A stretch of 21,584 bases of DNA, taken from Myxococcota bacterium (GTDB lineage: Bacteria; Myxococcota_A; UBA796; GCA-2862545). Where the stretch lies: NCBI GenBank assembly GCA_039208735.1, contig JBCCQY010000163.1:1-21584 (forward strand). The letters run 5' to 3'. The position numbers were made by a program, and so were the translations under genes. Positions 6,759-14,508 of the stretch are shown piece after piece (the first letter of the stretch is position 1; every line of letters starts with the position of its first letter). A model generated the notes under the pieces. It made no database searches and had not been told where the DNA came from. It saw only the letters and a program-made list of their open reading frames with translations.

Positions 6759-8717
6759 ATGGCAGAGCTTGAATGGGAAAAAGTCCTGAGTCTTGAAGAC
6801 CTCGCGGAGGGTCGGGTCAAGCCTGTGACCTGCCGGAGGCGCACGGTTTGCATGACCCACTTCCAGGGCCAGTACGCAGCGCTCGACAATCGCTGCCCCC
6901 ACCAGGGGGGGCCGCTGGGTGAAGGGTCGATCGAGAAGGGTTGGCTCCGCTGCCCGTGGCATGGCTGGGACTACCACCCGCTCACCGGGAAATCCCCGGC
7001 GGGACACGACGATGGCGTCGCGACATTCCCCGTAGAGGTCCGGGACGACGGGGTATACGTCGGCTTTGAGGTGGAGGCTCCGCACGAGGCCACCGTGACC
7101 GACGTGATGGCCGAGACGTTCACGAACTTCGGCATTCGCTGGGTATTTGGCATGGTCGGCCACTCCAACCTCGGCCTCGCCGATGCCCTGCGTCGCCAGG
7201 CGCAGGACGGCAAGCTCCGGTACGTGGCGATCCGCCATGAAGGCGCCGCGGCGTTCGCGTGTTCCGCCTACGGCAAGCTCACGGGTCGTCCCGCGGCCTG
7301 TTTGAGCATCGCAGGCCCCGGAGCCACCAACCTGCTCACCGGCCTGTGGGATGCCAACGTGGACCGCGCTCCCGTGCTCGCCCTCACTGGGCAGGTCGAC
7401 ACCCAGGTGATCGGTCGAGGGGCGTTCCAGGAAGTGGATCTCAAGGCGGCTTTCGGCGATGTGGCCACGTTCGCCGCCGATGTTCAGCGCGACTCCAACC
7501 ACGCCGAACTCGCGGTGCGCGCCATCAAGTCCGCGATCCTCACCGACAGCGTCTCCCAATTGGTGTTCCCCGATGAAGTGCAGCGACTGCCGGCTGCAGG
7601 GCGCCCCAAGACGCCGAAGGGCCGCATCACCACCCGCCGGCCCAAACCAGATGCCGATCAGCTTGAGACGGCACTCCAGGCGCTGGCGACGGCCAAACGG
7701 CCATGCTTCATCGTGGGCCATGGTGCTCGGTACGCAATGGACCGAGTGCGGGCCCTCGCCGAGCACCTGAAATGCCCCGTCATCACCACGTTCAAGGGCA
7801 AGGGCCTCATCAGCGATACCCACCCGCTCGGCGGGGGCGTTCTCGGCCGGTCCGGAACCCCCATCGCGTCGTGGTTCATGAACGAAGCCGACCTCTTGGT
7901 CGTGTTCGGTTCCAGCTTCTCGAATCACACGGGAATCTCCGGAAAGTTTCCCATCATCCAGGTGGATTACGACCCGATGGCCCTGGGCAAGCACTACCCC
8001 ATCGACTTCCCCGTCTACGCCGAGATCGGTCAGGCGGCCGACCAGATGCTTGAAGCCCTTCGCTCCCGAGGCCACGCCAGCATCGACCACACCGCCGAGA
8101 TCGCCGAGCGGTGGCACATTTGGCGCGCTGAAAAGCAGCGGCGACTTCAGGAGGAGCGTGGCCAGGGGGTGTCGTCGGCGGCCATCTTCGATGCGCTGAC
8201 CCGCCTCACCCCCGCTAATGCCGTGGTGGCGGTCGACGTCGGCAACAACACCTACTCGTTCGGCCGGTACTTTGAGGCCAAGGATCAAGCCGTATTGATG
8301 TCGGGCTACCTCGGCTCCATCGGCTTTGCGTTGCCGGCCGCCATGGGGGCATGGGCGGCGACCCAAGAGGTGGGATCGGAATGGTACGGCCGGCCTGTGG
8401 TCTCGGTGAGCGGTGACGGCGGCCTCGGCCAGTACCTCGCCGAAGTGACCACGCTGGTGGCGCACCAGATGAACATCGTCCACGTCGTGCTCAACAACAG
8501 CGAGCTGGGCAAGATCAGCAAGGAACAGCGGTCGGCGGAACTCGACGTCTGGCAAACACGACTCGTCAATCCAAGCTTTGCCGCCTTTGCCGAAAACTGC
8601 GGGGCCAAAGGCATTCGGGTCACCGAAAGCGGACAGCTGGACGCGGCCCTCGCCGAAGCCTTCGCCCACGCTGGCCCCGTGGTTGTCGAGATCATGGCCG
8701 ATGTCACCCTGATTTAG
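6759..8717 (+). CDS. Rieske [2Fe-2S] domain fused to a thiamine-diphosphate-dependent enzyme (pyruvate oxidase/acetolactate synthase family)
   Basis: N-terminal CPHQGGPL...CPWHGW Rieske motifs; ThDP-family motifs IRHEGAAAF, GPGATNLLTGL, FQEVDL, TTFKGKG, MSGYLGSIGFALPAAMGA, GDGG...LNNSELG. Start ATG 6759 (alternative 6747). Confidence 0.92.
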   Translation: MAELEWEKVLSLEDLAEGRVKPVTCRRRTVCMTHFQGQYAALDNRCPHQGGPLGEGSIEKGWLRCPWHGWDYHPLTGKSPAGHDDGVATFPVEVRDDGVYVGFEVEAPHEATVTDVMAETFTNFGIRWVFGMVGHSNLGLADALRRQAQDGKLRYVAIRHEGAAAFACSAYGKLTGRPAACLSIAGPGATNLLTGLWDANVDRAPVLALTGQVDTQVIGRGAFQEVDLKAAFGDVATFAADVQRDSNHAELAVRAIKSAILTDSVSQLVFPDEVQRLPAAGRPKTPKGRITTRRPKPDADQLETALQALATAKRPCFIVGHGARYAMDRVRALAEHLKCPVITTFKGKGLISDTHPLGGGVLGRSGTPIASWFMNEADLLVVFGSSFSNHTGISGKFPIIQVDYDPMALGKHYPIDFPVYAEIGQAADQMLEALRSRGHASIDHTAEIAERWHIWRAEKQRRLQEERGQGVSSAAIFDALTRLTPANAVVAVDVGNNTYSFGRYFEAKDQAVLMSGYLGSIGFALPAAMGAWAATQEVGSEWYGRPVVSVSGDGGLGQYLAEVTTLVAHQMNIVHVVLNNSELGKISKEQRSAELDVWQTRLVNPSFAAFAENCGAKGIRVTESGQLDAALAEAFAHAGPVVVEIMADVTLI

Positions 8718-8759
8718 CCCCCAAGGTTAGGGGTCGACGCAGACGAACGGAGCCTCGAC

Positions 8760-9566
8760 ATGGCCGAACCGCGCACCGGCGTGCGCCTCGAAAAGAAGCT
8801 GCTCGACCACGTTGGCCGGGCGAGCCAAGACTTCCGCCTCATTGAACCCGGCGATCGCATTCTGTGCGGATTGTCTGGGGGCAAAGACAGCTACGCAATG
8901 ATCTGGCTGTTGCGTCTCGTCCAGCGCCGGGTGCCCTTCGACTTCGAACTCATCGCTTGCAACCTTGATCAAGGGCACCCGGGCTTTCCCCAATCGGTGA
9001 TTGCGGATTGGTGTGCCGAACACGGGTTCGAGTCCCACATGCTCCAGCGCGACACCTACTCGGTCGTGCTCGACAAGGTGCCGGAAGGCAAGACGTTTTG
9101 CTCGCTGTGTTCCAGGCTGCGACGAGGAATTCTCTACGACACAGCCGTCGAACTCGGATGCAACAAGATTGCCCTTGGTCATCACCGTGACGACGTGATC
9201 GAGACGCTGCTCCTCAACCTCATGTTCTCGGGCCAGCTCAAGGCTATGCCGCCACGCCTGCACAGCGATGATGGTCGCAACATCGTCATTCGCCCTCTGG
9301 TGTACGCAGACGAAGCCGAAATCGCCCAGTACGCCCAGGAAAAGGCCTTTCCCATCGTGCCTTGCAACCTGTGCGGTTCGCAGGAGAACCTGCAACGACA
9401 GCAGGTCAAGCGCATGGTTCATCAGTGGAGCCTGACCAATCCTCGAGTCAAGGGCAGCCTGCTTGCCGCCATCGGCAACGTTCGGGCGACGCACCTGCTC
9501 GACCGTGATCTTCACGCGAAGTTGGGACTGTTCGAGCCACGGGGCGACGACCCGTCGATCCCGTAG
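8760..9566 (+). CDS. ttcA: tRNA 2-thiocytidine(32) synthetase TtcA
   Basis: PP-loop SGGKDSY; CSLCSRLRRGILY; KIALGHHRDD; LKAMPP; IRPL; IVPCNLCGSQENLQRQQVK. Confidence 0.96.
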   Translation: MAEPRTGVRLEKKLLDHVGRASQDFRLIEPGDRILCGLSGGKDSYAMIWLLRLVQRRVPFDFELIACNLDQGHPGFPQSVIADWCAEHGFESHMLQRDTYSVVLDKVPEGKTFCSLCSRLRRGILYDTAVELGCNKIALGHHRDDVIETLLLNLMFSGQLKAMPPRLHSDDGRNIVIRPLVYADEAEIAQYAQEKAFPIVPCNLCGSQENLQRQQVKRMVHQWSLTNPRVKGSLLAAIGNVRATHLLDRDLHAKLGLFEPRGDDPSIP

Positions 9567-9569
9567 TCG

Positions 9570-10130
9570 CTACATCCCCACGGTGAGCTGAATTCCGGGC
9601 TGGAATACATCCAGGTTGTAATTGCGATCTCCGGGCGCACGGTACGCGAGCACATTGCCGCGAAGCCAAATTCCGGCTTCGGCGCTGAATCGGTCGAACA
9701 GCGACAGCCCCCCCGATACCTTCAGTTCGCCCGACCCGAAGAAGCTGCCCGAAAGCCAGCCCTGGCTCGGATCATTTGTGGGGCGGCGCAGCCTGAGTTC
9801 CCGAATCAACCCCAGGGCGTCGATGTAGGCCCCGCACGACACGATAAACGGGCCCGAGAACCGGTAGGTGCTGACGCCACCGAGCAAGACGCCCAAGGTC
9901 TCACAACGGCCTGGGCCGTCGAGGCAGGGCCCCGAATACAGCGCCAGACCCACCGCAGATCCGTGGTGCCAGCCCCCTTCGAGGCGTTTCCGGATTTGCA
10001 GGAGAAGACGCGGAGTGGTGCCAAAGCTCACGGCAACGCCCGGTCGGTAGACGACGCGCGGCGTCAACACGGCGGCTTCGGGCTCGGTGGCACTCGCGAA
10101 CGGCAACAGGCTCGCCAGCAACAAAACCAC
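9570..10130 (-). CDS. exported hypothetical protein, possible small beta-barrel
   Basis: GTG start with RBS GGAGG; signal-like MVLLLASLLPFASA; beta-strand-like C-terminus FQPGIQLTVGM; fills the gap between ttcA and the next gene. Confidence 0.65.
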   Translation of the reverse strand: MVLLLASLLPFASATEPEAAVLTPRVVYRPGVAVSFGTTPRLLLQIRKRLEGGWHHGSAVGLALYSGPCLDGPGRCETLGVLLGGVSTYRFSGPFIVSCGAYIDALGLIRELRLRRPTNDPSQGWLSGSFFGSGELKVSGGLSLFDRFSAEAGIWLRGNVLAYRAPGDRNYNLDVFQPGIQLTVGM

Positions 10131-10186
10131 GGGACCTCCCTACCCCCATCCTACCCCCGCGTTTGGCGATTCGGTTACCCCGCTCC

Positions 10187-10489
10187 ATGCGCCCCGCCTA
10201 CCGCCTCGCCCTTGTCGCAGGGCTGTTGCTCATCGGTGTTCTCGTGCTCTTTACGTTGGGGGGAGAACCTGCGAACCCGCCAACAAAGCCGATTGCAGCA
10301 CCGCTTTCGCCTCGGCCCAAGGTCGACCCCAAAGTGCAGGAAGCCGCGCGCGAGAAGATCCTCGACGACCTCGAAGCCCGCGAGGCGTCGGAGGTGGGCA
10401 AGGCCGAGGCCGCACGCCGCCGCAACCATCGGGAGCAGCTCCTCAATCAGCGTCCTGACGGGGGAATGCCCACCCCAGCTGCTCCGTGA
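10187..10489 (+). CDS. hypothetical membrane-anchored protein (100 aa)
   Basis: ATG 10187; N-terminal TM helix, Pro-rich linker, charged helical segment; stop overlaps the GNAT start (GTGA). Confidence 0.65.
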   Translation: MRPAYRLALVAGLLLIGVLVLFTLGGEPANPPTKPIAAPLSPRPKVDPKVQEAAREKILDDLEAREASEVGKAEAARRRNHREQLLNQRPDGGMPTPAAP

Positions 10490-11049
10490 GTCGGCTTCGG
10501 CGCTCCGACGACGGGCCCCCGTGGACCTCGTCCTTCCGTCCGCCTACGCCGCCCGTCACCGAGCGGATGCGCTTGGTGCCCCTCGGTCCCCACGTCGTTC
10601 AGCTCGACTACCTCGCCATCATGGGCTCTCGGCAGCGCCTGCGTCGCGAACTGGATTGGCGGGGGTGGCCTCGCAACGACTTCACGCTCGAGGACAACGA
10701 GGCGGATCTGGCGGAGCACTTCGCCGAATTCCAACGCGGTGAGGCCTACGCGTATAGCGTGCTCAACCCTGATGAATCCACTTGCCTCGGGTGCATCTAC
10801 CTCGAGCCTTGGACCCCTGGGGCTCAGCTGGCGCTTTGGGTGGTGGACGCTGAGGTGCCTATGGGGCTCGAACTCCACTTGCTACGCACGTTAGTCCCGT
10901 GGCTAGCCGGCTGGCCCCTTCCCGCGGTTCGGGTACCCGTGCGCGCCTCCAATCCCCGGCTCCAGGCGGTACTTCGGGATCTGGAATGCCCCGCAGTCGA
11001 CGGTCCGCCGGACCATCAGAGCTTCCTGCTGCTCCGCAGGGGTTCGTAG
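10486..11049 (+). CDS. GNAT (RimJ/RimL-like) N-acetyltransferase family protein
   Basis: RLVPLGP..V.LDY.AIM.S, WP..DFTLEDN.ADL.EH..EF, AYAYSVLNPDES.CLGCIY pattern typical of this GNAT subfamily. Confidence 0.78.
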   Translation: MSRLRRSDDGPPWTSSFRPPTPPVTERMRLVPLGPHVVQLDYLAIMGSRQRLRRELDWRGWPRNDFTLEDNEADLAEHFAEFQRGEAYAYSVLNPDESTCLGCIYLEPWTPGAQLALWVVDAEVPMGLELHLLRTLVPWLAGWPLPAVRVPVRASNPRLQAVLRDLECPAVDGPPDHQSFLLLRRGS

Positions 11050-11061
11050 CTCCCGCATCAT

Positions 11062-11091
11062 TTCGATTAAGCCCAATTAATCAGCTATAAC
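11062..11091 (+). promoter_or_regulatory. putative promoter with palindromic operator upstream of the metalloprotease
   Basis: AT-rich island; GATTAA-N6-TTAATC palindrome (11065-11082); -10-like TATAAC at 11086-11091. Confidence 0.45.
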
Positions 11092-11138
11092 CAACATCAT
11101 GGCCTACCCGATGTGTACAACGCATTCGGAGTTTCGCC

Positions 11139-12485
11139 ATGATGCTGGTTTCACCCTTCGCCCTGTTGTGGATGGCCGCCTGTTCGCCGGATCCGCTGTT
11201 GGCGCTCGACGTCGAACAGCCCGTCGACGTGACGCCACCCGTCTGCCAGACGTCGGCGGACTGTGATGAGGGCTTCGCTTGCTGGGTCGACCCCACGTTG
11301 CTGCAGAGCCGTTGCGTGCCCGCCTGTGAAGAAGACTCCGACTGCCCAGGGGACCAGCTGTGTCGCACCATGTTCGACACCACCGCCTGCGTGGACCCGC
11401 TCCCGGAGCCCCCGCCGGATGTGCCCCGGGTCGATGGCGCCACGCCCCAAGTCCCTGCCGATGTGCAGTGCATCGGCCCCGTGTCGGGGGCCGTGGACAT
11501 TCCATTCACCGTCGAAGACGACACCACCTCGGTGATGGTGGTTCCCTTTGCCACCGACGGAGGCCAGGTCAGGCCTTCGTCCTTGCTCCTGCCAACCGAT
11601 CAGGTGCTTGCCATTCAGGGTTCCGCGAGCTTTCTTGGCGTGACGGCCTCGCTGCTCGGCTACACCGCTCCCCTGTTCCTGCCCCAGAGCCCGATCGCCG
11701 AAGAGGTCCTCATCCCTGGTTCGCACGTCTACACCGTGGTCGCGGAGACGCAGGAATTGTGTTCCTACGTGCTCACAGAAACGGCCGATGCAGGCCGTCG
11801 GCTCGACCTGAACCTGTACTTCGTAGGGCTTTCCGATCTCGATTCGACGACCGCCGCCCAGGACGCCGACCTCGCCAACGCCCTCAATACCTTCGCCGAA
11901 GTCTACGCCAGCGCAGGCATTCAGCTTGGGGATGTGCGGGCGTTCGACGCCTCCCCCGAGGTGGCCAACGAGTTTGCGGTGATCGACGATCGGGCCGATC
12001 TCGACGAGCTTGTGGCCACCTCGCAGCCTCCCGGCCCCGATGATGCGTCGCTCACCAGCGTCAACGTGTTCTTCGTTGCCGCCATTGCCATCCCCGACTC
12101 GGGCGCGATCGGGATTTCGCAGGGCATTCCCGGCCCGGTCGGTCTGCACGGCACGCCGGGAAGCGGAGTGGTGCTGACATCCGAGTTTCTTCGCCTTGGG
12201 TCGTTGAACGACGCTACGCTCGGTGCTCAGCTCACGGGCGTGGTGCTCGCCCACGAGGTGGGTCACTGGCTGGGGCTCTTCCACACGTCAGAACTCGCCG
12301 GCGGCGTGCAGGACCCCATTCCCGACACGGTCGGATGTGATGACATCGCAGAGCGATTCGCCAACGATCAACTCGACGGGTGCCCCGATCGCAACAATCT
12401 GATGTTCCCGGTAGCCGATCCGTTCGCTCGCGACCTCACGGCCCAGCAGGGGGGCGTCTTGGTGGCCAACCCCGTGACCCGCTAG
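11139..12485 (+). CDS. lipoprotein zinc metalloprotease (metzincin, M43/pappalysin-like) with Cys-rich N-terminal repeats
   Basis: Lipobox-like WMAAC; repeats CQTSADCDEGFAC and CEEDSDCPGDQLC; HEVGHWLGLFHT zinc motif; DPIPDT; Met-turn NNLMFP. Confidence 0.88.
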   Translation: MMLVSPFALLWMAACSPDPLLALDVEQPVDVTPPVCQTSADCDEGFACWVDPTLLQSRCVPACEEDSDCPGDQLCRTMFDTTACVDPLPEPPPDVPRVDGATPQVPADVQCIGPVSGAVDIPFTVEDDTTSVMVVPFATDGGQVRPSSLLLPTDQVLAIQGSASFLGVTASLLGYTAPLFLPQSPIAEEVLIPGSHVYTVVAETQELCSYVLTETADAGRRLDLNLYFVGLSDLDSTTAAQDADLANALNTFAEVYASAGIQLGDVRAFDASPEVANEFAVIDDRADLDELVATSQPPGPDDASLTSVNVFFVAAIAIPDSGAIGISQGIPGPVGLHGTPGSGVVLTSEFLRLGSLNDATLGAQLTGVVLAHEVGHWLGLFHTSELAGGVQDPIPDTVGCDDIAERFANDQLDGCPDRNNLMFPVADPFARDLTAQQGGVLVANPVTR

Positions 12486-12802
12486 CCCGCCAGGGCCGCT
12501 TCGAGCGTTTCGTAGCTCGGAAAAACCCGGTCCAGCCGCGTGAGTTGAATGACCTTCTGGACGGTGGACGTGCAGTGAACAAGGCGAAGGACACCGCCCG
12601 ATTCCATGGTTTTCAGAACGCCAATCAACGCGCCCAGCCCCGAACTATCGATGTACTTCACGTTGCTCATGTCCAACACCACACGGCGATGGCCCGCCAC
12701 CGCCTCCGAAAGTTCGGTACGGAAGCTGGCCGCCTGGGCTGCATCCAGCTTCACGTGCTCAACGCGGATGAGCAAAGCGTCGTTGAGTTCTTCTAAGAGC
12801 AC
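12482..12802 (-). CDS. STAS domain anti-sigma-factor antagonist
   Basis: 106 aa; LDAAQA..FR, VVLDMSNVKYIDSSGLGALIG, LTRLDRVF motifs. Confidence 0.95.
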   Translation of the reverse strand: MLLEELNDALLIRVEHVKLDAAQAASFRTELSEAVAGHRRVVLDMSNVKYIDSSGLGALIGVLKTMESGGVLRLVHCTSTVQKVIQLTRLDRVFPSYETLEAALAG

Positions 12803-12920
12803 CGTTCACCTCGACGGAGGGCGAAGACACTCTGTGGTTCGGTCGACGGCCGGCGTACTGTAGGCCCTCCTCAAGGTCTCCCCCCACCCAAGCGATGTGG
12901 CGCGAGAGGAGGACGCGCCG

Positions 12921-14348
12921 ATGACCTGGACCAACGAGGACCAACGGTGGGCAGAGGAGTCCGGTATTGACCTGTCGCATCTCGACGCCCAGCTCATCCG
13001 AATCCGGGACGGCCAACAACCCACAGTGGTGGATCGACCCTGCACGGTGGGCGACGGCATCGAGACCTGCGACGAGGCCACGCGCGATGCTTATGCAGCC
13101 CGAGCCCGGCAGGCCGAAGGACGGGTGACCCATTTCGTCCCCGCATCGGGGGCGGCCTCACGCATGTTTCGGGCCATTGCAAGTGCCCATCCAACCACGG
13201 ATCCAAGCGCGCTTCCGGCCTCGGCGCGCCAGGCCTTCGAAGGACGCGACCGGCTCGCGGTGGGCATTGGACTCGGCCAAGCGACGCTGACCCAGGCCTT
13301 TGCCGCCTGGATTGATCAACATCGGTACGCTTCGATGCCCAAAGGGCTTTTGCCCTTCCATCGGTACGGAGAACAATCCCGGTGCGCCGCCGAAGAGCAC
13401 TTCCGCGAGGCGGTTGCGGTTTCGAGCCAAGACGGACGGGTCACGGTGCATTTCACGGTTCCCGAAGCGTTCGAAGATGCGTTTCACGCCATTGCCCGAG
13501 CCCATCCCCACATCGCCTTCACCACCTCGGTCCAGCGACGGAACACCGACACGGTGGCCACCGATGCCTCGGGTGCCGTGTGGCGTGGCGAGGACGGCCG
13601 GATCCTGTTGCGACCAGGCGGTCACGGAGCCCTGCTCCACAACCTCCACGCCCTCGGCGCAGACCTCGTCACCATCAAGAACATCGACAATGTCGTCCGA
13701 GATGAACCCCGACCGGTCGTGGTGGCCTGGCGACGGGCGCTCCTCGGCCGCCTCCTCGAACTCGAGCAAGCGGTTCACGAACAGCTCCGTGGCCTTCGTG
13801 ACGGCACCGTCGAGCCGTCCGCAGCCCTGCAGTTCGCCGCCACACAGTTCGGGCGAGCCCCTAAGGAAGGCGACCCCATGGCCGCCGCCATGGACGCACT
13901 CAACCGACCCCTACGCGTTTGCGGAATGGTGCGAAACGCAGGCGAGCCGGGCGGAGGTCCGTTTTGGGCTTACACGTCAGATGGTTCTTGCACCAAGCAG
14001 ATCGTTGAATCCGCACAGATCGACCGGACCCAAGCCCCCCAGGCGGCGGCCGTTGCAAAGGCCACGCACTTCAATCCCGTCGATCTGGTGGCCAGCCTCC
14101 GCGACGGAGATGGCAAGCCCTTCGACCTGGCGCGCTTCATCGACGATGAACAGTGGTTCGTGGTCGAAAAGAGTAAGCATGGGCGCTCGTTGATGGCCCT
14201 CGAACGCCCTGGTCTTTGGAACGGGGCCATGGCGGGATGGAACACGGTGTTCGTCGAGGTACCGGCCGAGACCTTCCATCCGGTCAAGGAACTCCGTGAC
14301 CTGCTTCGACCCGGCCATGTCGCGGTCACCCCTACGGTTCCTGCCTAG
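12921..14348 (+). CDS. DUF4301 family protein (nucleotide-sugar transferase-like fold)
   Basis: ATG 12921 with RBS GAGGAGG; FVPASGAASRMF, PKGLLPFH, RPGGHGALL.NL, IKNIDNV, NRPLRVCGMV.N.GEPGGGPFW, THFNPVDLV, ALERPGLWNGAMA.WNTVFVEVP..TF.PVK. Confidence 0.93.
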   Translation: MTWTNEDQRWAEESGIDLSHLDAQLIRIRDGQQPTVVDRPCTVGDGIETCDEATRDAYAARARQAEGRVTHFVPASGAASRMFRAIASAHPTTDPSALPASARQAFEGRDRLAVGIGLGQATLTQAFAAWIDQHRYASMPKGLLPFHRYGEQSRCAAEEHFREAVAVSSQDGRVTVHFTVPEAFEDAFHAIARAHPHIAFTTSVQRRNTDTVATDASGAVWRGEDGRILLRPGGHGALLHNLHALGADLVTIKNIDNVVRDEPRPVVVAWRRALLGRLLELEQAVHEQLRGLRDGTVEPSAALQFAATQFGRAPKEGDPMAAAMDALNRPLRVCGMVRNAGEPGGGPFWAYTSDGSCTKQIVESAQIDRTQAPQAAAVAKATHFNPVDLVASLRDGDGKPFDLARFIDDEQWFVVEKSKHGRSLMALERPGLWNGAMAGWNTVFVEVPAETFHPVKELRDLLRPGHVAVTPTVPA

Positions 14349-14508
14349 CGCATCACCGGAATCTCCCCCCAATGGGTAAGGCATCATTGTACGAGTCCCT
14401 CATGGTGCACCGCTGACGCGTCCGCTGCTGCTGCTTGCGCTGGGCCTGGCCTACACATGTGGGCCACGACGCGGCGATAGAGGCGCTTCCTCTGCACCTT
14501 GGGGCCTT

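Noticed and set aside
6723..8669. 648-aa minus-strand ORF and similar long antisense ORFs (657-1733, 11151-12284, 8727-9515, 17473-18186)
   Set aside because: They lie opposite well-supported genes, lack motifs, and are the shadow ORFs expected from high-GC codon bias.
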